Positions 24,797-37,420 of a stretch of DNA of 64,000 nt are shown here, piece after piece. A program made the translations under genes and the position numbers. This DNA comes from Octopus sinensis (lineage: Eukaryota), in the NCBI RefSeq assembly GCF_006345805.1, contig NC_043003.1:112344001-112408000 (forward strand). Reading direction: 5' to 3'. Under the pieces are notes generated by a model. It did not search any database. It saw nothing but the letters and a program-made list of their open reading frames with translations, and had not been told where the DNA came from. The first letter of the stretch is position 1; every line of letters begins with the position of its first letter.

Positions 24797-24820
24797 AAGA
24801 AAGAAAGAGAGGGAGAGAGA
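24290..24820 (+). mobile_element. Family-B2 SINE (24397-24720) between (GATA)n and (TA)n/(GA)n tracts
   Basis: Homologous to 12282-12603; flanking simple repeats visible. Confidence 0.85.
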
Positions 24821-25119
24821 GAGATTTATAATGCAATTATAATTAAAGGCACAGAAGAGACCATGCTTATGCAGAAAATAGATGCTAAATCATCAAACCA
24901 CTTAATATTATCAATTTTATAGAACACACGTGTGGAAATTGAGAAATTCATAAAAAACTTAGCCTTGGATTAATCAATTTCTGGATTAGTCTAATAATTT
25001 TTTCTCACCAGCAAGGCATACTGAGGGAAATGAATGAGATATTTATACATACCCAAAGCAAAGCAAATGCAAATCTATGATTACATACAAATACCACAAA
25101 TATATCCGCATCGAATTTC

Positions 25120-25810
25120 GGTGTCTACTTCAGCATGTGTGTATTTGGTCAGAGTAGTGACAGAATTGACTAGACTGTCCCGAAGAGAATGGAAATTATT
25201 ACTCTTTTGCAATCCCACCAGATAAAGGGAAGAACCTTTTTCCCATGAAGTTCCCTTCTCGGATGTGGTTGAGTTATTTCCCTTTTACCAAACCACTATT
25301 TACGATGAGTAACATTGCGATAGAAGATCCATTTTTCGTCACCAGTCACAAGTCTATAGAAAACGGGTGAAATGAGTTCGCGAGAATGGAGAGATGAGCA
25401 GATGTCAACTCAGGATTTGCGGTTGCATTCAGACAATTCATGAGGCATCTATTTACCAAGTTTAGGAACCTTCTGAAGTTGTTGAAAATGACGATGAACA
25501 TTTGTATGGGTTCAACTAAACTTTATTGCCAATTCCGTAACTGATAATGCTGTTTTTTCTTCAAGTAATGCCTCAAGGAGCTTATCATGAAACTCAACTG
25601 GACTTCCTGTTCGATCTTCATCTTCAAGGCTGAAATCTCAACTGAGTTTTACCAATCACCTTCTGAAAGTACTTTCATTCTAGTATTCTTTCCCATAAAC
25701 TGAGTGTATGCTTCGAATCGCTTCGGCTGCAAAGTTTCCTTTTTTGTACTTATAAATTATTATGTGCCTCAAATGCTCTTTGGATACTTCCATGTCAGAA
25801 AAGATTTTAA
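25120..25810 (-). pseudogene. Mariner transposase pseudogene
   Basis: Minus-strand frames give PKLGK*MPHELSECNRKSRVDIC, RLVTGDEKWIFYRN and ELHGKKVLPFIWWDCKRVI, matching the mariner WVPHEL, TGDEKW and WWD motifs. Confidence 0.8.
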
Positions 25811-26076
25811 TAAAACAAAATCAATTCTATTATTCTGTAAAATAATATTTAATTAGATTAAATGTACAGAAATGCATAAAAATAATTTTTAATTCCATTA
25901 GACAATCTAAAATACCCTCCTGTAGATGTTGAAATTCCAATGAAGGAGCCCTGGATCTAGATTAGAAACGGGAACTTTTTCAATTGAAATCTTGAGAGAA
26001 AACTGAATGACATACATACAGACGCACACACACACAGTATTTATAAATATATACACATATATATACATATATATAT

Positions 26077-26795
26077 GGTTGGCATCCTTTCTGTCTCGGG
26101 AGACAATGGAGTTGCGCACAAAGTAGTCTAGTCCGGCTTTTATATTTCATGTCCTGATACATTTCCTGCTGTGGCTGTGTAGTCCTATCCTGGACAAACA
26201 CTCCCTCTGGCAGGTACCGCAAATGTAGCGAAGACTGTTCCTGGCTGGTTGTAGTGCCATAGTCTCTTGTTGACGTCTCTTCCTTTTTTTCCATTTCTCC
26301 TCTCTCTCTCTCTCTGTCACTCTTTGTATTTCCTCTCTTATGGTACGTCGCCATTCTCCACGGTTGCCGGCAACTGCCTCCCAACTGCTAATATTGATGT
26401 TGCAGGCCTTCATGTCCCTTTTGCAAACATCCTTGTAACGTAATATCGGTCTACCCACAGACCTAGTACCCCTAGCAAGTTATCCGTAGAGTATGTCCTT
26501 GGGGATTCTGCCATCTTTCATACGGCTAACATGCCAAAGCCATCTCATACGTCTTTGTGTGAGGAGTGCAAACATGCTTGGTATTCCTGCTTGCTTGAGG
26601 ACATCTTTGTTGGGGATATGATCCTGCCATTTGATGCGGAGGATTTTTCGGAGGCAGCGCAGGTGAAAGATATTTAGGCGACGCTCTTAGCGTATGTATA
26701 GTGTCCAGGTCTCACTTCCATACAGTAGAGTGCTGAGTACACATGCCTGGTAGATCTTCATTTTCGTGGTATTGGTCAGCTTATTGTTGTCCCAA
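26077..26795 (-). mobile_element. 3' end of an RTE-clade (BovB-like) LINE
   Basis: [97 protein letters not shown], with in-frame stops. Bounded by TA-rich tracts. Confidence 0.9.
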
Positions 26796-26914
26796 GCCCG
26801 TTTGTACATATATATATGTACATATATATATACATATATATATATATACATATATATATATACATAGGAAATACATATATATATACTTATATATGTATAT
26901 ATATATACTTATAC

Positions 26915-26947
<33 letters not shown>

Positions 26948-27187
26948 CATATACATACATATATATATACATATATATATATACTATATACATATATATA
27001 CATTATATATACATATATATATACATATATATACATATATATACATATTATATACATATATATATACATATATATACATATATATATACATATATATATA
27101 TACATATATATATATACATATATATATATACATATATATTATACATATATATATATACATATAATATAACATATATATATATCATAT

Positions 27188-27219
<32 letters not shown>

Positions 27220-27740
27220 TACATATATATATATATACATATATACATATCTATATATATATATATATATACATATTATATATATACATATATACATATA
27301 TATATATATACATATATAACATATATCATATATATATATATACATAATATATATATATATAATACATATATATATATACATATATATATACATATATATA
27401 TACATATATATTACATATAATATATACATATATATACATATATATATATACATATATATATATACATATATATATATATACTATATATATACATATATAT
27501 ATACATAATATATACATATATTATATATATATATATATATAATATATATATATACATATATATATATACATATATATAATATATATATACTATATATATA
27601 CCATATATATATATTACATATATATATACATATATATTATATATATATACTATATATATATATATATATATAATATATTATATATACAATATATATTATA
27701 TATATATATATAATATATATATATACATACATAGATATAT
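26795..27740. repeat. About 950-bp degenerate (TA)n/(TATATACA)n tract
   Basis: Directly visible; source of the I/Y-rich ORFs. Confidence 0.95.
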
Positions 27741-28062
27741 ATTTCGCTTTGCTTCTTCCTGCCAATTTCACTCGCATACATTTGATCAGCAAATACGAAA
27801 GTAGAAGTCGCCTGGCCAGGGAAAGACTGAATGGAAACCTCTTGGTTGCGAAACGAACTTCATGAACATAAAGCTACGCCGACGCCTATGTTTCAGATAA
27901 CATAATAACACAATTATAACAATTTCCCTAATCATCGGTTTATCCCTGATTCTTACCTTCGTGAATTAATGACTTTCAGTTCTGTTGTACGTTTTCCAGT
28001 AGTTTTTCTTACATTTCAATCACGCGGCGCGCAAACAAACTTACACGTACGCACACACACAC

Positions 28063-28098
<36 letters not shown>

Positions 28099-28775
28099 AC
28101 ACACACACACACACACACTATGTCTTTCTCTTTCTCTCTCTCTTCCACTTCTTTCCTTCCTCTTAATGTTTTTACTCACACATTCACGCATTCATGCACA
28201 TCGACAGACCCGCGCTCGCCCGCACTCAAAAACAAGTGCCAACAATTTGCTGGAAACATCATTGCTTGAATTTTAAGAGTAGTGAAAATGATAACATCCT
28301 AGAGCCAATTTCATATTAAGCGTAATTATGGAGTAAAGTAAATACTTCTCGCTGATGCGTGAAGCAATAGCATTTATTGTATTGCTTTTCGTCTAACAAA
28401 AGAAAATTACAAAACACATTTCATATTTTCGCTTTCGGAGTTGAGAACAATGATTTTCATTGATTTTTGAGAATATTCTGTATCGCTTCTGGGCGTTGTG
28501 TATATTAACTAATCTTATATTAGAGAGGCTGGTCTTAGATTTTAATATAGACTCTGGTGATTAACGGGGAATGGTTGGGCATTCATTTTTTTAAAATTGT
28601 TGCTGTTTAATATTGAAGAAAAACAATCTTTTTCAGAGAGTAATTCCTCAATAAGTTCTCACTTAATGGTCTTTCTCCTTCTCAGTCTAACTCTTGTGTA
28701 TCATATTGTTTACATGAATACGTAAATTCATGTCTATCTATGTATATAAACATAGTAGATGTGCATAATTACGTA

Positions 28776-29170
28776 TACGAGGGGATACTCAAAACTAACC
28801 GGAAACGTTCTGTGGTTCGGGCTTCCGCCGCTAGAAGATATTTGATGCAACCCTCAAGCAACAGTCTGCCGAACGGCGTCGTCGATACATAGTCGTACTA
28901 CCGGGTGGTGTGTCTTTGTTTTGCAGTCCTTTTCCCGTGTTCCTCTATGTTTGCGATGGGACAGCTTAGTAGGACGTTTCCATGAGCAAAACACCAGTTT
29001 ACGAGTGGTTTTCACCCTTTAGGAATGATCCCTTGTCGATTGAAGACCAACCTCGCTGAAGGAGAATGTCAACCTTTTCGAATGAATGAAAACATTACGA
29101 AAATCCGTGAACTGATCTTGGAGGACCGTCGCCGAAAAATTGACGAATTAGTTGATATGACTGGTGTGTA
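28776..29170 (+). mobile_element. 5' part of a mariner element, same family as 199-999
   Basis: TA-CGAGGGGATACTCAAAACTAACCGGAA TIR. Peptide MSKTPVYEWF..IEDQPR*..NENITKIRELILEDRRRKIDELVDMTGV matches the mariner HTH region. Confidence 0.8.
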
Positions 29171-29171
29171 A

Positions 29172-29479
29172 CCTGTCCTTTGTTTCGTTTTGCCAGCCAG
29201 AGCATTCTTATTTTTAAATTTCCTCATACTTTTCGTAAGCGGGAATGTTAGTATCCTCATTTGGGTTATATACAAATTCTCCGATGGAGTTTTTGACCGT
29301 GTCAGGGATGGACGAACTGGATGCATTTTCTGTTTTGTTCTGCATTCAATTGAATTAACAGTTGTTATTGCTTCTGAAATTCCAACAACTGCTATTGTTG
29401 CTGCTGTTGAAACTATTGTCGATACTGCTGTCTGTTTTTGTTTCTGTAATTGAATGCCTGATGCTAATAACTCTTCCAT
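29172..29479 (-). pseudogene. Ty3/Gypsy gag N-terminal fragment
   Basis: Across frameshifts: MEELL..QQYRQ*FQQQQQ*QLLEFQKQ*..DTVKNSIGEFVYNPNEDTNIPAYEKYEEI. This resembles the NSIxEFxYDP..F..W..RYED motif of K02A2.6-like Gypsy polyproteins. Confidence 0.6.
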
Positions 29480-29629
29480 GTTCACAGAACGAGCTGTCCA
29501 GCAAAGGCTCGAATATCTCGTTGTCAAAATAATGTTATCGCGAGAGATGCACACCTCGGGGTAAGAATAGTATTAGCCAAGTAAATATTTCGATATAGTT
29601 ATCTAGAATACCCTCTCGCAGAATTAATA

Positions 29630-29897
29630 TGTTCACACAGAACGCAGTCCGTCCTACTTCAAACGTAGTTACGATATTAAACTCACGCAGTAACCAATAT
29701 GGGCGATCAACGCTGGTAACTGCGCCGCTCTCAACGCATCTCTGCATTAAGCAGCCAGGCTCGGATACAAACGGGACAGCACAAGGACAGGGAGAGCATC
29801 ACAGTCGGGACAGCACAACACAGAACGAACGAATGGAGGATGAATTATAATAATAAATGTGAAATGGTTGCCTGCTCCCCACTCGCAAGCAATATCA
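29630..29897 (-). mobile_element. Candidate 5' LTR of the Gypsy fragment
   Basis: On the minus strand TG...AACA is followed within 10 nt by TGCGAGAGGG (a degenerate TGGCGACGAGG-type PBS), upstream of the gag ATG. No second LTR or clear AATAAA is seen. Confidence 0.4.
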
Positions 29898-31650
29898 TGT
29901 AAGTGTTTTAGTTTAACGTTTTTATATCACTTTTCTTTTTTCTCTTTTTTTTCTTTTTTGCATCTCTTTTACAGTCATTGGAATTTCAAATCATTACTTA
30001 CATTTTCCTCAACTAATCTATGACTGGCGGCAAGTCCTCGAACTCCACGCGTTAGTGAGATACGATAGACCGTTGGGTCTATCTTATTTCCCACCAATTC
30101 TCTCATTCTCTCACACCTCTCCTTGTGAAATTACAATTGCCTTGGTACTCTCAGGATAAAGTTCTGTAGTTAGCTTCACTCACTGGGGCTGCCTCTTAGT
30201 CAGTCTGCTCCCGTTCGGCGCCCTGCTGCTTCGCTTCCGATCCACCACCGTACGCTCCTCCTCCTTCCTCTCCGAACACTTCTCATTCACCGGGGCCGGC
30301 ACATCGTCACTCTGCTCCCGCTCGGTGCCCTGCTGCTTTTGTTCCTCTATGCCTTTGTCGTGTTTCTGGGTACACTTTGCTCTCATGTGTCCGCTTATTA
30401 CTCACTGGGGCAGGTTAGAGGTCGATCTGGTAGCGTGACGATCTGTTGGGAGAATAATTGAAGGACGTGCTAACTATAGGACAATAGAGAAAAACATATA
30501 AAAGATATTAGTTATTAAAAGATAAAATCTACCGGGTTTATATGACGTTAAAAAAGTGTGAAAATGTAACAGTATGAATTATCAATGAATCGCGGAAGCA
30601 GTATTAGTACCGAACAGCAATCTGTGTGCCTTACATAACGTCTGTATTTTTCCCCAGTAAGCCTCTTGTACAGTGCCAAAAGCACAGGAATATCAGTAGC
30701 GGTAAAAATGTCCACAGCTACTTATCATTATACGAGACGTTTTCTCAAGACAAAGAGTGGATAACTATTGCTAATTTTATACAAACACGCAGAAATCACG
30801 TGAAGTAGCAGTTCCCGATGGTGTTGGACATGTTTTGTCAACTATTAACATTTGTTTGCTTTTAGCACTAGACGTCTGTATACATTCCTTTCACAAGACG
30901 AATATCACACTATCATGACGTTTTCAAAGTATATTCTTGTTAATCAGATTATAAAGATCGCTATAACAGTATGACATTCAACAAACAAGAAGTGTTCAGT
31001 TGTTTGTAAAGTACTATTTATTATCTGTTGACAGACCAGATAGATAGAAAGGAAGAAAAAATAAACTGGTATATCGTAGATAGATAGAGAGCTGGCTGGC
31101 TAGCTTGCTGGCTGGGTGGCTGGCTGGCTGGCTGGGTGGCTGGGTGGCTGGATGGATGGATGGATGGATGGATATTATAGTGGGATAACCTTAGTTATCA
31201 AAATGGCTTCAAATTGGCCTAGTTGGTGGGTGCGCTGTTGTTGTTTATATTTTTTGATAGATTAAAAGGCTTATCCATGATATCAGTTGTAGAAAAACAG
31301 TTAGCTAGAGATATAGATTGACACGCTGATAGTCAAATTAAATATAATATTCTTGATTGGCGAATAAGTTTGGTCTGAATTTTGTTGCTGGTTGTGTTCA
31401 GTGACCACGCAAGATACATGACCACTCCTCTGACTATGTATTTATGTTTGTGTTCGTGTGGCCAGATGGACGGAATCCCATTACATTTCTAAGAAACAGT
31501 ACGTATGATACTATGTTTCACGCTGACTTCGGCGGTTCGCTGTAGAGTTAAAACTTTTAATGAAAGTTCTTCGGTTTTTCAGGAGTATGACCGCATACAT
31601 ATACTCTACAAAAACTTTAAGTAGATAAAGATAGTTAAGGCCGGTCTATA

Positions 31651-32397
31651 GGGTTACTTTGGATTTCACGTCCATAAAGCGCCTAGCTTTACAGCGTTTC
31701 TTCAGGTCTGAAACCTCTCTTCAAAGTGGAAGGAGAAAAACTTTTTGGCTAGTTGTTGAATACATAGACAAATGAGGTTTATTCGCAAGGAATTGTCTCC
31801 CTACGACTGATATACGTAAGTTGGCTGATTGGCTTGTGAGTCCCAGGACTACAGAAGGAAACTTCTGAAGTGCAAGCATGATGTAAAACCTTCAGTTCTG
31901 GAATTTAAGATGTTCCCGGTTCAACGCATTATCGCCAGTAGCTGTATATGAAGATACAGTGGATGTTCAGAAGCACCTTCAAGCAGCGCCTCTACAACCA
32001 GAGATCCTCATTCAGCATCCCGGAGAGGCGATACGCCCACGTCCTTGGCCAGCTATGTGTAGCGCCTGAAGGATGAACGAACTCCACAAGTAATCTAATG
32101 AAATATCCCAGAAAAACCAGGCCCTACACCAATAGGAGCAAGCGTTGCAAGCTGTGCATAGCTGAACGGGCAAGAATATTAAAGAACTCCCTCGAACCGG
32201 GGAACATCTTAAATATCTGGAGGGAAGTCTTCGTTCCCCCTTACACTTCAGAAGATTCCTACTGCTGTCCTGGGATCTACCAGCCGATCAGGACAGTTAC
32301 TAATAATGGTATAAAGAAGAAAATCCCTTACGTGTAACCCTTCGCTTTTGTCTGCTGTGAAGCTAGGCACTTTACGGATGTAAAACTGAGGGTAACC
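31651..32397 (+). mobile_element. Penelope-like element remnant: GIY-YIG C-terminus between inverted pLTR-like ends
   Basis: About 31940-32240 reads ..CSESTFKQRLYNQRSSF..TSLASYV*RLKD.. and RPYTNRSKRCKLCIAERARIL..LN, resembling the PLE GIY-YIG and CxLC motifs. 31651-31696 and 32354-32397 are inverted homologs. Confidence 0.75.
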
Positions 32398-32584
32398 TCA
32401 TAAATCGGCTTTATCTGCATTTAATTAGTCAACTGCTTTATAACTTAGAGAATGCTTCTCTTTCGGAATTAGGATTTACTGATTATATATATATATATAC
32501 AATAATAATAAATATTAGGGAATAAATCCAAATTTACAGGGAAAAATCAGATTTAGGATTGAATCCAATTTTATAGAAAATATA

Positions 32585-32753
32585 ATATAATATTAATTAG
32601 AGACAAAACCACTATTATGCAAATCAAACAAATAAAGACTTAATCCAATACATAAAAAAATTTATATAAATTAAATATAATTTATATAAAATTTTTATGT
32701 ATTGGATTAAGTCTTTATTTGTTTGATTTGCATAATAGTGGTTTTGTCTCTAA

Positions 32754-32765
<12 letters not shown>
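32585..32765. repeat. About 180-bp near-perfect palindrome
   Basis: The arm AATATTAATTAGAGACAAAACCACTATTATGCAAATCAAACAAATAAAGACTTAATCCAATACATAAAAA is exactly mirrored; inner arms TTTATATAAATTA/TAATTTATATAAA; 4-nt loop AATA. Confidence 0.95.
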
Positions 32766-32807
<42 letters not shown>

Positions 32808-34562
32808 TATATATTATATATATATATATAAATATATATATATATATGTTATAATTTCTAAATCTCTCTGAAGGAGAGATACATCAGCGGTACTGGGTAT
32901 TAATTATTATTGGTTAATTAATGCGACAGTCCAGAGAAATAGGACGAATACTGCTGTTGATTAGCCTCTAGCTAGCTATATGACACACAAATCTGCGTCC
33001 ATAATCCTTCGAACAGAGGAGGTCATCAACTACCTCTTGCTGACTTGGCATCCACTGACCGGTTTCGAGGTAGTTGCTCCTAATGAATGTGGAGCAGCCG
33101 AGTCCAGCAGGGGTCGCTGTTGACCTCTGTTCGAAGGTTTTATTATATATATATATTCAGAGAAACACATTCACCGATTTTCAAAAGTAGAAATGTTATA
33201 CATTTTATATCTCTCTAAAGGAGAGCTACAGCAGCAGTATATCTTGAAATTTTGCCATAACAAGGTGATAGAATACATCAATCCAAAATATTTCTCATTC
33301 TTTCCTTTCACTTTAAAAATCATTCTTAGACTATATAATGTTTTCGTTTCATCCATCGGAATACTTATTCCCACTAAGTCAACGGAAGAGGTATAATTCT
33401 AATTGAAATATATTTCCCAGATATTTGTTCGGTAGTTTTCTGCAGTACCTTTTTATTAATAGCTAACATACTTCTGCATACTTCTTATCTGTATTAGTTA
33501 ACCGAACACTCGCCTACTCGACGTTTGGACTAGGTTTCAGGTGTATTATTTAGACGAAGGTCAGTTAAGAATTTGCATTTTTGCTTGTCCATAACTGTTC
33601 CGTAAATAAAAAATCAATTTCACGTGTCGTGCTTCTGGGTGATCTTTGATTGCACAGATTTACACAAAGAAGCTGGCAGCAAAAATCATTAGCAAGTTCT
33701 CCGGTGTGTGTTTAGCAGGAAGTCATGAGCTGTTTCCTAAATAAGAATGCCTTAGTATTAAATTGTTAACTGTTTCTCTTTGTTTCTGCTTGAGAAAGAA
33801 AACTTTTGACCTGTCAGTGATGATGAGTTTCCCTTTAGTTTATATTGTAGTTAACAGTACACTTTAAATCTTCACCTGAACAATATTCAAGCGTTGGAGA
33901 CAGAGCAGCAGTCAGTTTGTGTATTGCATTCATACGACATATTACAAGACCATTAAGCTTAACAAATGCTTTTGGCTTACTATAAGAAGATTTATAAACT
34001 TTATTAATCATGTAGTTACATATTCAGTATTATCAGCTCCAACTTAGAATTGGTGTTTCTGATTACTGAATTTGAAAATCTTCGTAACGAATGTGTTGAG
34101 TTTGTGATAAATAAGATTACAATACTCACTAAAACAATTTGAAAGTCCGTTATAATAATCCATTAATCCGACTAATTTAGGAGAATTTGATGAGAAGAAA
34201 TATCTATCCTCTGCCTATCTCCAAAATATATTCACTTTTAAATAATGTCTTTGAGAGATAAATCCTCAAAATAAAGTGATGGCACAATATAACTGACCAA
34301 AATACAAATAATACCTGTCACTAAACCTCTGGAGTAATTTATCGCAGACTTACTGATGTGTGTGTTAAAGTTGAACATTACTCAGTACTATACGACATTC
34401 GATAAGGTATAATACAGTATTCTGTATTATTCAAGTTTATAATACAATATGTACTATTAAGTGATTGGTATTATATAGAAAAAAAAAATATGTGCCTTGC
34501 AGTGGAACTGAACCCGGTGCTATGTGTCTGGAATGCAAATTCCTTGTGTGTGTGTATATATA

Positions 34563-34638
34563 TATATATCGGATATAAACCAGTGGTGTGTAAGTTTATC
34601 TATATATCGGATATAAACCAGTGGTGTGTAAGTTTATC
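34563..34638. repeat. 38-bp direct tandem duplication
   Basis: TATATATCGGATATAAACCAGTGGTGTGTAAGTTTATC occurs twice. Confidence 0.9.
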
Positions 34639-36059
34639 TATCTCGCAATAAACGCTCTTTGTTTTGTCTGGCTTAACGATACTTGTTTTGCCCCTAATCT
34701 GGTTTTAATTTTATCTCTGAATTAATTCTTTTACTATTTATAATCCATTATAAAAATATGCTTCTATAATGTTTTAGTCCATTCGTCCGCGAATTTGGGA
34801 CGTGCCCGTGCACTAATTTATCGTGTTTTTTTATTTCTGTTGTTTTTGTTGTCAACCTCTTGTCATTGCCGTTTTTTTCTATATCATTTGACATTTGAAA
34901 TTCTATTTCTGTGTGACAAGGAAACTGACTAATGGAAATTCTGTACACTAATGGAATTGATGAATCTGTAACTGTTAAACCTTCAAGGATGAAATGTTAT
35001 ACGTGTATGGGTCTTCGCTTTTTAAAATATTCATTGGCTATAATCTTCCTGAAATACATTCAAGCGTTGTCTTCTCAATAGAGTGAGTGGTTTGCAATAT
35101 ATACGGTTCAAATATGAAAGTGTATCTCTTAGCATGTAACATTTTATTGATATCGCATGTTGAAATACACATATTCTAATATAGACATGGAATATCACTG
35201 AAGATCATAGGCGCCAAGAAGAGTTAAGCTGCCGGCAAGCTGATAACGTGAAATTGTTTAAATATTCGCCGATGCCATTTCGCTTCATTTATGCTTCAAT
35301 TCATTTATGCTCCATTGAAGCCGTTCCAGAGCGCTGCAGTTCATACAGTTAATAGCTTTTGAAAATATGTTCACGTCCAGAAATACCATTCTCCGCTTTT
35401 CTACTCAATATTTCTCCTAGTCAAAATCATGCTCGTAGATAAATGCATTCACAGAATTTATCCCAAATGGTTAATTAAGAGACACTTATAAAAATATGTG
35501 AAAATAAAAAAAAAATGGATCCTGAGATATTCTTTTCAACTGACCATTAACAGCGAAACTTGAACATGAGGTACAGGACCAATCAAATTTTTGTGGATAT
35601 ACATTGCTTCACACACACACACATACACAGTTCTGGTCATCTACCCCACATCAGCATTAATCAATTCTTCCTAATTTAAGCTCATGTCCAGAGGTGTCGG
35701 TATTAGTCTTCGGTAGTAGTCTCTTACACCGATCCTAATATTTCAGCAGTACTTTATAATATCGATTCTGAAGTGTTGGAAAAAGAAGCTAATTTTTTGT
35801 GAGACTTAAACCCATTTCGTTAAAAGTTAGAGGTGCCAAACACAGCGTTGCTTTTTCTTGTATTTTTTGCGCTGCCCTATCGATACGGCCAGTTAATAGC
35901 ATTCTAGTAGCGTTCATAATAATAACAATAATAATAATAATGTTTTATTTATTGGCCACATGGGCCTACATAGCACACACATGGACGCAAATACAAAGGC
36001 ACAAATGTATATGCTTACCGAGTAAGCATATAAACAATAACAAAAATTAACAAAATTAA

Positions 36060-36156
36060 ACAAATACAATTACTAAATAGCGCGGAGACTCCCAAGAGAA
36101 AACCGTGCAAACCCCACAGAAAATCAAGGTTTCCCTGACCAATTAGGCAAGTGCTT

Positions 36157-36193
<37 letters not shown>

Positions 36194-36810
36194 CTCCCCT
36201 CAGAAGCGCATGCTCAGAGCAGGACTGATCACACAATGCTCGCCACTCTCGTCCACCTTTCAATAAATTTGCCAGAAGGAAGCTCCTTCCTCTCCACTCT
36301 GATCCACCTCTTCAAGTGAAACCTGAAAATGTTAGTCAGAGATTTGCCAGAGAGGAAAGTGCCTATCTTCAGCCCTTTCAGTCTTGTCCACCACAGAACC
36401 TCTTTCGCCATGGTCACCGGGCAGATGAAAACTGCCCGGCCTTCCCGACCAAAGAAAGAGGGAAGAGCAATCTTAACAATTGACTCGGTTGATACCCAGA
36501 TCCGTGCGACAACACGTCAACAAGGGCTTGATTTAAACCCATACGTCAGAAATTGTTGGACATTGGACAAGTGCCTGCAGAACAGTTTCATTGCTCCGCG
36601 TATATCTCGGGCGGCTCTGACTGATGGTACTTCCGAGCTTGTGGAGTTTATCCCAAACCGGCAATACACTATGGTAGCATTGCTAGGCCGGGGATTTCTG
36701 GAAGTTATCCATTGACCCCGGCCCGAAAGTCCTCCAGAAAAGATCGGCCCGTTGTTTCTTATTGAAGCCCAGAATATCGATAAGAACGTCGTCACACCTA
36801 TCCTCTACTA
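36060..36810 (-). mobile_element. L1/Tx1-like ORF2 C-terminal region and 3' end
   Basis: Frameshifted ..ETVLQALVQCPTISDVW.. (decayed zinc knuckle) and AKEVLWWTRLKGL..FRFHLKRWIRVERKEL..FIERWTRVA. Confidence 0.6.
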
Positions 36811-36829
36811 ACCCACTATAGCATGCAAT

Positions 36830-37219
36830 AATAATAATAATAATGAGAAGAAGAAGAAGAAGAAGAAGAAGAAGAAGAGAAGAAGAAGAAGAAGAAGAAG
36901 AAGAAGAAGAAGAAGAAGAGAAGAAGAAGAAGAAGAAGAAGAAGAAGAAGAAGAAGAAGAAGAAGAAGAAGAAGAATCCCTTCTACTATAGGGTCAGAAA
37001 TGTTTGATAAAGTGGGTAGACAATTGCATCGTACCCTGCGCTTGACTGGTATTTATTTCATGGACCTCGAAAGGATGAAAGGTAAGGTTGACCTCAACAG
37101 GATTTGAACTCAGAACATAAAGACGGACGTCGGGAAATAGTATTGTAATAATATCTATAATTCTTAACATCAGTAACAACAGCAGCAGAAGTAACAGCAG
37201 CAACAGCTTCAGCAGCGAC

Positions 37220-37251
<32 letters not shown>

Positions 37252-37420
37252 CAGCAGTAGTAGTGGTGGTGATGGTGGTGGTGGTAATGGTGTGCCAGTG
37301 CCGTTGTAGAGGTGATAGTGATGATGGTGGCGGTAGTTATGCTAGTCGTAATTTTGGTGGTGGTGGTTTCTGCTGCTGCTGATGATGATGATTATGCTGA
37401 TGCTGATTATGATAATGATA
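36830..37420. repeat. (AAT)n/(GAA)n and (CAG/GTA/GGT/GAT)n tracts with a family-A SINE fragment (about 36975-37132, minus)
   Basis: Directly visible; GAAAGGATGAAAGG...TTTGAACTCAGAAC lies between the tracts. Confidence 0.85.

Noticed and set aside
26743-27517. Long I/Y/H-rich ORFs here and at 39534-41433, 56081-56520 and 57733-58313
   Set aside because: These are translations of (TA)n tracts, which lack stop codons in some frames; they are not genes.
29069-29554. 161-aa ORF as a novel gene
   Set aside because: It spans the mariner/Gypsy junction and mostly reads an alternative frame of a frameshifted gag.
32850-32892. Hammerhead-like motif on the minus strand (CTGATGT-ATCTCTC-cttca-GAGAGAT-tta-GAAA)
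   Set aside because: A9 is missing, three extra nucleotides precede GAAA, and there is no stem I or III.
33817-33879. C/D-box snoRNA candidate (GTGATGA...CTGA)
   Set aside because: No proper terminal stem or k-turn pairing, no evident C'/D' boxes, and no identified host gene.
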